From contig JAZQZO010000030.1 in NCBI GenBank assembly GCA_045634065.1, positions 3,808-67,807 on the forward strand: DNA of 64,000 bases, in the 5' to 3' direction. A model generated the notes under the pieces. It had not been told where the DNA came from. It worked only from the letters and a program-made list of their open reading frames with translations, and made no database searches. This document shows, in pieces, positions 24,178 through 34,400 of this stretch; the stretch's first letter is position 1; every line of letters starts with the position of its first letter. This DNA comes from Acutalibacteraceae bacterium. GTDB taxonomy: Bacteria; Bacillota; Clostridia; Oscillospirales; Acutalibacteraceae. The translations under genes were made by a program, and so were the position numbers.

Positions 24178-24594
24178 ATGAATAAAACTTACTTATTGGC
24201 TTCAATCAACAACAGCCCCACCGTTGCTCTCAAGGCAGGTGCTGATATTGATGATGTACGCTTCAAAGCTGTGAAGTATGATGCAACAGGCAATGCTGTC
24301 CTTGCATCAACAGCGGGTGAAGTAGTCCTCGGCATCGCACTTCCCACAACAGGCGATGCAGTAGGCAAGGTAAAGAAAGGCGACGACCTCGATATTCAGA
24401 TTAAGGATATGGGTATGGCTGTTGCCGGCGGTGTTATCGCTGCAGGCGATCCTCTTGCAGTAAATGCTAACGCACAGCTCGTTAAGGCTTCTGCAGGCAA
24501 CTTCGTTATCGGTTATGCAATGGAAGCCGCTGCTCAGGCAGGCGACGTTATCACTATTCAGGTTGCTAAGGGCTATTGTCCCACCGGCGCTTGA
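24178..24594 (+). CDS. DUF2190-type capsid decoration/cement protein
   Basis: 138 aa. The pattern ...VKYDATGNAV...AGEVVLGIAL...KGDDLDIQIKDMGMAVAGG...GDPL...GDVITIQV and its position before the MCP gene support the call. Confidence 0.65.
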   Translation: MNKTYLLASINNSPTVALKAGADIDDVRFKAVKYDATGNAVLASTAGEVVLGIALPTTGDAVGKVKKGDDLDIQIKDMGMAVAGGVIAAGDPLAVNANAQLVKASAGNFVIGYAMEAAAQAGDVITIQVAKGYCPTGA

Positions 24595-24808
24595 TGCCAA
24601 TTTTCCAAGCGTAGAGCTTGAACAACTGGCAAATGTCGAGTTAACAGACGTTCATGATGGTGACGTTCTGATGTATGACGAAGAAAGTCATATGTGGAAG
24701 AACGAAGAACTTCAACTGAACGACTTATCCGACGTTAATATTACTTCTCCTTCCGAAGGCGAATCCGTTACATACTCAAATTCACTTTGGAAGAACACAA
24801 CTTCGTAA
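24581..24808 (+). other. Start-less +1-frame extension ORF downstream of the decoration gene (fibre-like repeats)
   Basis: The +1 frame is open through the decoration gene's stop to TAA at 24808. It encodes two copies of L..V.(L/I)T....G(D/E).(L/V).Y.....W(K)N. There is no plausible ATG or RBS. Confidence 0.4.
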
Positions 24809-24834
24809 CTATCACATAAGGAGTGAAAAAGACA

Positions 24835-25866
24835 ATGTTTACTAATCCTTTAACCCCCGCAGCAATCCAGGCACAGATTGCAAAAGGTGCATTCCGTGAA
24901 AACCGCTTTCTTACAAATATGAGCATGGCTTTCTTCCAGGCAGCAGATGCTTATGTTTCAAAGAGCATTTTCCCCATTCTTCCCGTAGGACTTTCAACAG
25001 GTTCATACTACATCTTCAGCCGTGAAGACCTCGCTCGTGACAACGTACAGCGCAAGCCTCAGTTCGGTAAAGTTCAGCCTTTCCAGGTTTCAAGCACAAC
25101 CGATTCATACGCAGTTGGCGTTGACCAGATTATTATGGGCCTCGACCAGATTGCTCAGACAGATGTACAGCGTGGTAATGTCACAGGTGCATCTGATCCC
25201 CGTAAGTCAAAGGTTAAGGTTATCGCAGAGCAGATGAACATCCATCAGGACATCATCTTTGCTGATGCTTTCTTCAAGAAAGGTGTATGGAACAACGAAT
25301 ACACCGGCGTAGATGCTTCAGCTACAGACAAGCAGTTCCTCAAGTTCAGCAACGCAAACTTCGAGCCTATCAAGTTCTTTGATGAACTCAAGAGAAATAT
25401 GCTCGAAACAGGTCGCAGACTTCCCAACAAGCTTGCACTTGGTATCGATGCTTACAACGGCCTTAAGGAAAACGGTGACCTTCTTGAGCGTATCAAGTAC
25501 AGCGGTTCTTCAGCTAACCCTGCACTTATCAACGAACGCATCATCGCTGAAATGCTCGGCATTGAAAAGGTTGTTGTATTCCGCTCAACCTACAACAGTG
25601 CTAAGTTCGGTCAGAAAGAGAATATGCAGTTCATCTGTGACCCCAAAGCCGCTCTCCTTTGCTATGCAACAGATACACCCGCTATTGACGAGCCTTCTGC
25701 AGGTTACACCTTCACATGGGATATGCTCGGCAATGGTCAGTATCTTCCTGTCATTCAGTTTGAAGGTGAACCCGGCACACATTCAGAGTTCATTGAAGGT
25801 CTTATGGCTACAAGCCACAAGAAGACTTGTGATGACCTTGCTGTATTCCTTTCAGACTGTGTGTAA
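24835..25866 (+). CDS. Major capsid protein
   Basis: 343 aa, after the scaffold and decoration genes. ATG 24835 lies 11 nt after AAGGAG. The family was not determined. Confidence 0.75.
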   Translation: MFTNPLTPAAIQAQIAKGAFRENRFLTNMSMAFFQAADAYVSKSIFPILPVGLSTGSYYIFSREDLARDNVQRKPQFGKVQPFQVSSTTDSYAVGVDQIIMGLDQIAQTDVQRGNVTGASDPRKSKVKVIAEQMNIHQDIIFADAFFKKGVWNNEYTGVDASATDKQFLKFSNANFEPIKFFDELKRNMLETGRRLPNKLALGIDAYNGLKENGDLLERIKYSGSSANPALINERIIAEMLGIEKVVVFRSTYNSAKFGQKENMQFICDPKAALLCYATDTPAIDEPSAGYTFTWDMLGNGQYLPVIQFEGEPGTHSEFIEGLMATSHKKTCDDLAVFLSDCV

Positions 25867-25878
25867 GGAGTGATAAGC

Positions 25879-26298
25879 GTGTTTACTGCACTTAAACCCT
25901 GCACGATAGCAGGCAAAAAATACATCATCGATGATGAGGTTGACGTTTCAAAGCTCTCCGATGAGGAAATTGCTTTCCTCATCAAGAGAAAATTCATCAT
26001 CGAAGCCAAAGATAACGATGTAATCGTGTCTGATAAACCCGCTATGCTTGACGTTCCTGTTATCAACAAAGATAAAACCCTTTCTGTCGCTATGACAGGT
26101 GAACAGCTTTGTGAAGTAATCGGTCTTCTTCAGAGAACAGCCGAGGATGTCATTGAAGCGATTAAGGGCATCACAGACGATGGTCAGCTCGCACTGATTC
26201 ACCGTCTTGATAGCAGAAAGACCGTTCAGGCGGCGGCAAATGAAAGACACGAAGCTCTCGAAGCTCTTACAGCTACACCTAAAGATGGTGATGAATAA
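25879..26298 (+). CDS. Hypothetical head-associated protein
   Basis: ORF 25870..26298. GTG 25879 is better spaced from AAGGAG. Confidence 0.5.
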   Translation: MFTALKPCTIAGKKYIIDDEVDVSKLSDEEIAFLIKRKFIIEAKDNDVIVSDKPAMLDVPVINKDKTLSVAMTGEQLCEVIGLLQRTAEDVIEAIKGITDDGQLALIHRLDSRKTVQAAANERHEALEALTATPKDGDE

Positions 26299-26705
26299 TG
26301 TCAGCTTGCTACACATATAACCCCATTCTGTGTCAGGACGGTGGCATCAATCAGATGAGGTTTGAGCTTGGTGATACTGTCATTGAGGAAGTCGGCTTAT
26401 CGGCTATGCTCAGTGACGAAGAGTACACCGCTATCATTGAAGCAAACGAAGGTAAGTGGAAGTTTGCAAAACTCACCTGCCTTGAAGCGATTATGATGAA
26501 GCTCTCCTTTGAAGTTGATACAAAGGTAGACGGCCTTTCCTATTCCTTGAATCAGCGTGCAGAACGTTGGCGTGCGATGTATGAAAAGCTCAAGAAAGAG
26601 CTGACGGCAGCATCTTCCGCTGCCGGTGCTCGTTTGCCAAAGGAAATGTCACAAAAGCCGTACTATTTCCACACAGATATGCACAGCAACCCGAGGAAAG
26701 GATGA
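26298..26705 (+). CDS. Hypothetical head-tail connector region protein
   Basis: 135-aa ORF with ATGA-type overlap. Called by position only. Confidence 0.5.
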   Translation: MSACYTYNPILCQDGGINQMRFELGDTVIEEVGLSAMLSDEEYTAIIEANEGKWKFAKLTCLEAIMMKLSFEVDTKVDGLSYSLNQRAERWRAMYEKLKKELTAASSAAGARLPKEMSQKPYYFHTDMHSNPRKG

Positions 26706-26711
26706 TACATT

Positions 26712-27065
26712 ATGATTCGTTCTTCCCTTCGACCCGGTCAAGGCTTCAAGAAGTTTACACGAATGAAGCACAAGACAGGAAAATCAAAAACAGGTCGTGC
26801 CGGATGCTCAACCCTTACTAAAAGCGGATTCCTCTTTGGTATTCTTGCTGATGCAACGCCGGAAGAGATTGAGCGATGGGGAACGACCGAAAAGCCCATT
26901 ACACACAAGATAGTCCAGTACGGCGGTGACAACAAAGCCGTCGACAATGATGTTCTTGTGTTTGATAAAAGATATTTCTATATTCAGCGATCCCCACGTA
27001 ACCCCGGCGGTCTCGGACACTTCACCGTGTACTACTGTGAAGAGAGGAGAGGTCTGAATGGGTAA
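26712..27065 (+). CDS. Hypothetical head-tail joining region protein
   Basis: 117-aa ORF, called by position only. Confidence 0.5.
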   Translation: MIRSSLRPGQGFKKFTRMKHKTGKSKTGRAGCSTLTKSGFLFGILADATPEEIERWGTTEKPITHKIVQYGGDNKAVDNDVLVFDKRYFYIQRSPRNPGGLGHFTVYYCEERRGLNG

Positions 27066-27510
27066 TGCTGAAATAGAAATCGAACTCAGAGTTAATGAAA
27101 CGGTTAACCATGTAAAAAAACACATGGCAAGCCGTGGCACAAGAGCAAGCAATGAGTTGATGAATGCCAAGAACCTTGTACTCCGTGGAAGGAGAAGCGG
27201 TAGAAGATACCGAGTTCCTAACACTCGAAGATATTACACCGCTTCTGCTCCCGGTGAAGTACCTGCTGTAAGAACGGGACAGTTCCGTAACTCTTGGTAT
27301 CAACGTGCTTATGCAGAAGGGGACAAAAACTTAGAAGTCCACGCACAGATAGAGAGCCGTGCAAGAACAGCCGGTGGGAAATACCTGCTTGGTGAAATCC
27401 TTGAAGAAGGTACACCCGGCGGAAAGATTGCCGCTCGACCGTATCAAGAAAAAATCATTGAGACGGCAAAGAAGAACATCGTCAAAATCTACGAAGAACC
27501 GTACCTGTAA
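27058..27510 (+). CDS. HK97 gp10-like head-tail protein
   Basis: ...SAPGEVPAVRTGQFRNSW... motif and position. Confidence 0.55.
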   Translation: MGNAEIEIELRVNETVNHVKKHMASRGTRASNELMNAKNLVLRGRRSGRRYRVPNTRRYYTASAPGEVPAVRTGQFRNSWYQRAYAEGDKNLEVHAQIESRARTAGGKYLLGEILEEGTPGGKIAARPYQEKIIETAKKNIVKIYEEPYL

Positions 27511-27523
27511 GGAGTGAAAATGA

Positions 27524-28414
27524 ATGATAGAAGAGGTTTTATATCCCTACTTGTGTAAGAGTGAGCAATTAGCTTCACTTCTTGCAACACATGACGGTGA
27601 GCCTGCTATCTTTCAGCAGATTGCTCCTGAAGATACGGATAAAGGTTGGGACGGTGTTCAATTTTCCCGTATTGTATATGACATCGATAAGACAGGGAAT
27701 GTCGAGAGAAAAATCTCAGGCACTCTGTATATGGATGTCATGTGCAGTGGTATCCAAAGTGAAATCCCGGAAAACATCGAAAGTGTAACCCCGGAAGACA
27801 TCGAAAAGGTGCTGAAAGAGCTGATAGACGGTTATTTCTTTGTTGTTGATGGTATGACCTATGCTGCCAAGTGGGAGCGTAGTGACAGCTTCAAGACAGA
27901 GCCGAACCATAAAGTGTTCGGTATAACCGTGACATTCTCTCTCCTCGCATTCCCTCAACAGAACACCGGCATTCCCGACTCGGTGGCTCTTATGAACACC
28001 TGGACAGCGGCATTCTTCCCGAATGCAACTATCATCAATGTGTCGGCAACACAACCTGTGTTCAAACCCACAAACGAGCATCCGGCCATCTATTGGAGTT
28101 TCCGTGGTTTAGGAGAAAGTCCTATATCAAGCATCTATCACTGTACGTGGAGACAAACCAATCTGAATATGCACGTTATGGCACCCTCGACAAATGTACA
28201 GAATTCCTTAGTACAGCAAGTCAACAATGCCCTTGCATTCAAAAGCAGAATAATGTTTGAGGACGGCACACAGTTTATGTTGCACAGTGTGACAGCGAAT
28301 GCTGCATCTGATCCTATCCGTGATGGACAGCTCACACTGCAAGGCTCGTACCCCATCATTAGACCGGAAAATGATGTTCAAAAACTTCAGAACATTACCA
28401 ATAAACTGAGGTGA
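27524..28414 (+). CDS. Hypothetical tail-completion region protein
   Basis: 296-aa ORF, RBS TAAGGAGTGAAAATGAATG. Confidence 0.5.
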   Translation: MIEEVLYPYLCKSEQLASLLATHDGEPAIFQQIAPEDTDKGWDGVQFSRIVYDIDKTGNVERKISGTLYMDVMCSGIQSEIPENIESVTPEDIEKVLKELIDGYFFVVDGMTYAAKWERSDSFKTEPNHKVFGITVTFSLLAFPQQNTGIPDSVALMNTWTAAFFPNATIINVSATQPVFKPTNEHPAIYWSFRGLGESPISSIYHCTWRQTNLNMHVMAPSTNVQNSLVQQVNNALAFKSRIMFEDGTQFMLHSVTANAASDPIRDGQLTLQGSYPIIRPENDVQKLQNITNKLR

Positions 28415-28418
28415 CAAT

Positions 28419-28631
28419 ATGTCAACAAAAGAAGAAAAAAAGACCGTAAAAGCGGTCAAACCACAGCTTACAGAGCTTCAGCAGAGCGTTTATACCGCTG
28501 ATGAGTTCGCTGCTATGGCTGATAAATTCAACACAACAGCGGATATGGTGAAAACTGCACTCACATTAGCAGGTAAGACAAGATGCTCTTACGCAGAAGC
28601 TGAAATCATTATCAAAAAATTCTTAGCATAA
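28419..28631 (+). CDS. Hypothetical small protein
   Basis: 70-aa ORF, RBS TGAGGTGACAATATG. Confidence 0.5.
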   Translation: MSTKEEKKTVKAVKPQLTELQQSVYTADEFAAMADKFNTTADMVKTALTLAGKTRCSYAEAEIIIKKFLA

Positions 28632-28644
28632 AGGAGGCACTATT

Positions 28645-30072
28645 ATGGGTCAGACTTATATGGCAGGTCAAACAATGAACCGTCCCGGTGTGTATCAGAG
28701 AAGTGTTAATCGTGGTACAAACCCCTCAGCAGGTGTGACAGAAAACTCTGTTGCTATTCCCATTCAGGCAGAGTGGGGACCTTTTGACGAGGTAACCGTA
28801 CACGAGAGCATTTCATCTGTTACCGCTATGTACGGCACAGGCAAAACGGTTGATGCCGCTATTGCTCTTTTAGAGGGCGGTGCTCCGAAAGTGTACTGTA
28901 TCCGTCTTAACAAGGCAGCATCAGACACATCAGGTTCAGCAGCAGAAAAAGCTTCACTTGAAATTCTCGCTGAAGGCGGTACTGCCGCTGTGACAATCAC
29001 AGCAAAATATGCCGGTTCAAAAGAAATCAAGGTGCAGACTCGTGTCAAAGTAGCGGATACTTCAAAAGAAATCCTTGTTTACAGCGGTACAACTCAGCTT
29101 GAAGCAATTCCCTTCGCAATCGGCACAGGCGTAAACGAAGTAGAAAACCTCGTTGCTGCCGTTGCTTCATCCGCTTACATCACAGCTACAGCAGGTGAAG
29201 GCACAATCGTTCCTATCAAGGACCTCACAGCTCTTGCAGGCGGTGCAGACCCTGCAATCACCACAGCAAGCTACACAGAAGCATTCAACAAGCTCGAAGT
29301 GTACGACTTCACTCACATCGCTCTTGATACAGTTAACGCAGCTGAACAGGCACTTCTGAAAACATGGGTTGACCGTGTTTATGATGATGGCAAGTGGATT
29401 ACTGCTGTTATGGGCGGTACAAACAAAGACAAGGCATTCTCCGAATTAACCGCCGCTTCTATCGCTTGTGACAATATGAAGAATGTCTACTTCGGTCATT
29501 GGGGCAGAAATGCTAACGGTGCTCTCGTAGACGGCTACAAGATGGCTGCTTACGTTGCAGGTGCAATCGCAAACACACCTTCAAACAAGAGTATCGTTCA
29601 CACAACCGTTCCCGGCATTGTGTCAATCGTTCCTTTCACAAACTCTGAATACAGCACAGCTATTGAAAGCGGTCTTCTTCTTGCTTCTTACTCTCCGAAC
29701 GGTGCCGTATGGTTCGACAGCGGTGTAAATACCCTTGTTAACCTCGGTGCTGACGAAGATGCAGGTTGGAAGAAAATCCGCCGTGTTGCTACTCGTTTTG
29801 AGCTTTTCAGAAGACTTGACGAGGCTCTTGCTACTCTCGTTGGTAAGGTAAACTGCGACAATGACGGCATTGCTCAGGCTGTTCAGAAGGGTATGGGCGT
29901 AATCAATGCAATGGTTACAGAAGACAAGCTTCATGCAGGCGGTAGCTTCTATGAAGACCCTGAAAACCCCCACGGTGCTGATTCTGCTTGGTTCATCATC
30001 GATGTAGACGACATCGACAGCCTTGAGAAGATTTATCTGAAATATCAGTTCAGATTCAGCACAAACTCTTAA
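28645..30072 (+). CDS. Contractile tail sheath protein (XkdK-like)
   Basis: 475 aa, N-terminal ...RPGVYQR... motif. It lies immediately upstream of the tube gene. Confidence 0.85.
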   Translation: MGQTYMAGQTMNRPGVYQRSVNRGTNPSAGVTENSVAIPIQAEWGPFDEVTVHESISSVTAMYGTGKTVDAAIALLEGGAPKVYCIRLNKAASDTSGSAAEKASLEILAEGGTAAVTITAKYAGSKEIKVQTRVKVADTSKEILVYSGTTQLEAIPFAIGTGVNEVENLVAAVASSAYITATAGEGTIVPIKDLTALAGGADPAITTASYTEAFNKLEVYDFTHIALDTVNAAEQALLKTWVDRVYDDGKWITAVMGGTNKDKAFSELTAASIACDNMKNVYFGHWGRNANGALVDGYKMAAYVAGAIANTPSNKSIVHTTVPGIVSIVPFTNSEYSTAIESGLLLASYSPNGAVWFDSGVNTLVNLGADEDAGWKKIRRVATRFELFRRLDEALATLVGKVNCDNDGIAQAVQKGMGVINAMVTEDKLHAGGSFYEDPENPHGADSAWFIIDVDDIDSLEKIYLKYQFRFSTNS

Positions 30073-30089
30073 CAAGGAGGTAAACAGAT

Positions 30090-30566
30090 ATGTCAGCAAA
30101 TGCAACAGCTAAACTTTTAAACAAAGTTTTATCAGGTAAAGACGGTAAGCTCTTTATTACTGTCGGTGACGGCGATCCTGTACTGTTCTATGAAGCAGAA
30201 AACTTCACAGCAACACTCAACTACACAAACACAGATATTCAGGGTCTCGGCTCAATCCTTATCGGTGCATTAACAACAGGCGTGACTGTAGCTATTACTC
30301 TTAACGAGTTTGTTGTAAGAGATGATGTTACCGTTATTCCCGTTATCGAGGCACTCAACAAGAACAAAGTTGTCAAGTACACATTCCAGGGCTGTCTTGA
30401 CCGTAACGACATTGACGGTCAGGAGTCAAGACAGGTATTCAGAGATTGTGTTCCCGATGGCTCACACACACTTATGGGCCTTGCTCCTGGCGAAGTTGTC
30501 AAGAGAGAATGCTCATACCGTGGTAACGCCCTTCCCGAAATTCTCAAGTATTTTCAGGGCGAATAA
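30090..30566 (+). CDS. Tail tube protein (XkdM-like)
   Basis: 158 aa. Supported by gene order sheath-tube-chaperone-TMP. Confidence 0.8.
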   Translation: MSANATAKLLNKVLSGKDGKLFITVGDGDPVLFYEAENFTATLNYTNTDIQGLGSILIGALTTGVTVAITLNEFVVRDDVTVIPVIEALNKNKVVKYTFQGCLDRNDIDGQESRQVFRDCVPDGSHTLMGLAPGEVVKRECSYRGNALPEILKYFQGE

Positions 30567-30647
30567 TCAACAAACACATTTAATGATTCTGACCTTGCTA
30601 ATTGAACAAATCGGCAAGGTCAGAATGAAAATCAGGAGGAAAAAACA

Positions 30648-31181
30648 ATGTCAAATAAAGAAAGAGTAGAAGAGGCAAGAGAAGCCGTATTGATGGATGC
30701 GGTGACTTCTAAAGATGAGGAATTTGATTATATCACAGGCTTTTTTAAGGCTGCAGAGCTGATAACAGAAAATACTCAGCCTATTGTCATTCAGAGAGAT
30801 GGCGTGAAGCTCTTTGAATTTTCCGTTCACGCACTCACCGGTAACGATGCCCGTGCAGCGAAAAAGAAAGCAAGCACTCGTATACCGAACCCTATGAACA
30901 AGAAACTTCCCCCTATCGTCAAAGAGGTAAACGAGGTTATTTATCAGTCCTATCTGATTTACCTTGCAACTACCGTTGAGGATAGAAAGAAATATTGGGA
31001 TAACCCCACATTCCGTGACAAATTCGGCGTGATGGAAGGTTATGAACTTATCGACAAAGTCTTACTTCCCGGTGAAAAATCACAGGTACTTGATGTTATC
31101 GACACATTGAGTGGCTACGGCTTCAGCGACCTTGATAACGAGGAAGAAGAAGACAACGATACTGAAACAGCAAAAAACTAA
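30648..31181 (+). CDS. Tail assembly chaperone (XkdN-like, short form)
   Basis: 177 aa with an acidic C-terminus. It ends in the slippery A_AAA_AAC heptamer followed by TAA. Confidence 0.7.
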   Translation: MSNKERVEEAREAVLMDAVTSKDEEFDYITGFFKAAELITENTQPIVIQRDGVKLFEFSVHALTGNDARAAKKKASTRIPNPMNKKLPPIVKEVNEVIYQSYLIYLATTVEDRKKYWDNPTFRDKFGVMEGYELIDKVLLPGEKSQVLDVIDTLSGYGFSDLDNEEEEDNDTETAKN

Positions 31182-31381
31182 TTTATGCAAGCAACCTCGC
31201 TCGTTGTTTGCACTATATATTCCAAAATCAACAGAAATATCCTCATGAAATTCTCGGTATTCCCCTTGAAGAGGTTTCGTGGGATAGAGTAAGGGCATTT
31301 TGTCTTGCTTCTGCGGAAATTGCCTATGTAGACGGTGAAAGACCGATAGTAGTAAGAGATTTTTCGAGCAAAAAAGAGTGA
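31172..31381 (+). CDS. -1 frameshift extension of the tail assembly chaperone (G/GT-type long form)
   Basis: The 67-codon -1 frame has no start codon and no stops, running from the heptamer A AAA AAC (31172-31178) to TGA 31379-31381. It fills the whole gap before the tape-measure gene. Confidence 0.65.
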   Translation, partial: KKLIYASNLARCLHYIFQNQQKYPHEILGIPLEEVSWDRVRAFCLASAEIAYVDGERPIVVRDFSSKKE

Positions 31382-31401
31382 TTAACTAAGGTGGTGAGAC
31401 T

Positions 31402-34400
31402 ATGGCAAAAGAGTCCGTAATAATTGATGTCATTGCTCAATTCAAAGATAAGACAAGTAGCGGTGTATCGAAGGTCAAAAAGTCAATCAGAGACATCGAC
31501 AATGCCACAACAAATCTTAACAAGAAAAAGACAACGGTTAAAGTGGGCGTAAAAGACGATGCCACACCGACCTTACGAAAAATCACATCTAAAACCTCAG
31601 CTTTTGCAAAAAAGGCGTGGAGAGGAACCTTATCCGTCTTGGATAAGGCATCATCGACTATCACCAACGTCAGCGGAAAGGCGAGGAGCTTTGCCGGTAA
31701 GGTGTGGAAATCAACACTGAGCGTGGTTGATAGGTTCACTTCCCCACTGACAAAGCTACACAATATGCTATTCAGCATAAATTCGCTCATAGCGACCGTT
31801 GCTACAGGTCTTGCAACAAAGCTCGTAGTTGCAGAGCCTGTGCAGTTAGCGGATAGCATAACAACCTCAACGATTTTCTTTGAAACGAAGCTCGGCTCAA
31901 AAGATGCAGGCAATTCTATGATGTCTGACATTATGGAGTTTGCAAAAACCACACCGTTTGATACGCAGGGCGTTATCGATGGTGTTAAGTCGATGATGGC
32001 TTACGGTATCGAAACCGAGAATGTTATGGAGTACATGGAGAAAATCGGTAATGTTACCTCTGCAATGGGTGCAGGTGAGGCAGGTATCGAGTCCATCACC
32101 CGTGCGCTCGGTCAGATGAAGTCAGCAGGCCGTGTTAATGCTCAGGATATGATGCAGTTAACCTCTGTCGGTGTTACAGCTTGGGACTATCTCGCAAAAG
32201 GAATGGGTAAAACCGTTGCTGAGGTCCGTGAGCTGAGTGCGGACGGTGCGATAGCCGCTGATGAAGCCATTAAGCACATTATGAACGGTCTTTCCGAGTA
32301 TGACGGAATGATGGACAAGATGTCGAATACAACCGTTTCAGGCTTATGGAGCAACATTAAGGACACATTCAGCCAAAGCATTGTTCTGAAATGGGGACAA
32401 GGCTTACAATCGGGTGCGATTGACGGTCTTGTCGAGTTCAGAGATTGGCTTGAGCGTATCGATCCGCTTCTCCAAAGAGCAGGAACAAGCCTTGAAGACT
32501 TAGGCAAAGGCTTAAGTACGAAAGTTTTTGATATTCTCGGTGGTATTACAGACCGATTTGAGGGAGTAATCACCTCAGATGCTTTCAAAAATGCAAGTCT
32601 CGGCGGTAAAATCGGCATCCTTTGGGATGAAGTAATATGGGAGCCGTTCTCCGATTGGTGGGAAGGCACAGGAAAGCCGAAAATTGCTGAAAAGCTCAAC
32701 GGTTTTGGTGAGGGACTCGGCTCAGGCATATCCAATGCTCTCTTAAGTATTTTGGGAGTAGATGTAGAAGAAAGTCTTACCGAGGGCGTTTCAATCGGTC
32801 AGAGCTTTGCAGAGGGATTTGCAGAAGGCTTTGACGGTGAAGCGGTCGGTCAGGCTCTTTGGGATGCAATTGAGAGTGTGTTTAAAAACGCAGGAAAAGG
32901 CTTGATTGACTTAATCGTTCCCGGTGATTTAGGTACGACAGCAGGTCAGAAAATCCTCGGTGCAGGGCTTGGCTATTTCGGTTTAACAGGCGGAGCAAAG
33001 CTCATTCAATCAGGTAAAGCCCTTTATACAGGTGCAAAGAACCTTTGGGGTACACCGGGTAACTATATGTTTACGGGTACAGGTCTTTCAAGCAAGCTCG
33101 CAAGTATAGGATACAAACTTCACGGCACAAACGCAGGAATGTATTTCGGTGGTGGTGCAGGTTTATCAGGTGCAGGAGCTACAGCTCTCGGTGCAGGCTC
33201 GGTTGCAGGTGGTATTGCTGCCGGTGCAACACTTCTTTCAGCAGGTGGCGACTTCTACAATGCTTATCAAGCCCATAAATACGGGGACAAAACAGAAAGA
33301 AATGCTTACACTGCAAGCGGTATTTTTAAAGTTGGCGGTGTTGGAGCAGGTGCGGCGGCTGGTGCAGCTATCGGTTCAGCCGTTCCTGTTATCGGTACAG
33401 CGGCAGGTGCTTTAATCGGTGCAGGTATCGGTGGTATTGTAGGTTGGCTCGGTGGTAACAAATCCGCTGATGACATCAGAGCAGCCAAATTCGAGTCCGA
33501 AGAGTTGGCGGATACTTTGGCAGATTCGAAAGCATCCTCTGAGGAAATATCAAAAGCCTTTCAAAAGGCTGTAGATACCCATTTAAACGACCATTTCGGA
33601 GACATTGAGCTTTCACTCAAGGAAATTGATGCACTCGCAAATAACATCGTTTTTGGTGATAATTTAGCCTCTTTTGAGGGCTTTGCAAGTGCAGCAGAGG
33701 CAGCGGAGGCAAGTTTCCGCAATTTACAGGCATCTACAGACGAACTCAATAAATGGAATTGGAGAGCAAGTATCGGTGTCAAATTCAGTGATGACGATAT
33801 GAGTAGCTTCAAGGCATCGGTCGATAGCTTTATTGCAAATGCAGAGCAGTTTATCGAAGATGAGCATTATGAGTTCACCGCAGCGGTTTCCCTGCTTATC
33901 GACCCGAAGTCAGAGGAAGGGAAGTCTATCATCGGTAATGCCGACAGCTTCTATTCTGCACTTCAAGAGGAAGCAAGTAAATTAGGCACTCAGTTGAAAG
34001 ATGCAGTAAGCGGAGCTTTGAAAGACGGCATCATAACACTTGATGAACAAGCAGAAATCCAAAGTCTTCAGGAGCAGATTGCTTCTATCACAAACAAACT
34101 CGCTGAAGCACAGACAGAGGCAGAGTTTGAAACGATAAAAATCAAGTTCGGCAGTGGCAACCTCACTGATGAGTCATTCACCGAGCTTCAAACAGAATTA
34201 CAGTCCACGGTTGAATCCGCTAACCTTGAACTCGACAGTGCATTGACGACCTCGATTGCAAGCATTAAGTTACAGCTTAGTGAAGGTGCAATCACACAGG
34301 AAGAGTATGATTCCGAGCTTAACGCCTTGATATCAGGTTATCAAACACAGATTGACAGCATAAATGCTCAGGTAGCTGACGTTCAGCTTGAAATCTTAGG

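Noticed and set aside
25313-25873. Long same-strand alternative-frame ORFs inside the capsid gene (25313..25873), the portal gene (19494..19982), the scaffold gene (23714..24055) and the fibre genes.
   Set aside because: Their translations are Ser/Thr/Leu/Arg-rich and low in complexity, with no recognisable motifs, no RBS and no conserved look. This contrasts with the 13308 frame, which I kept as a finding.
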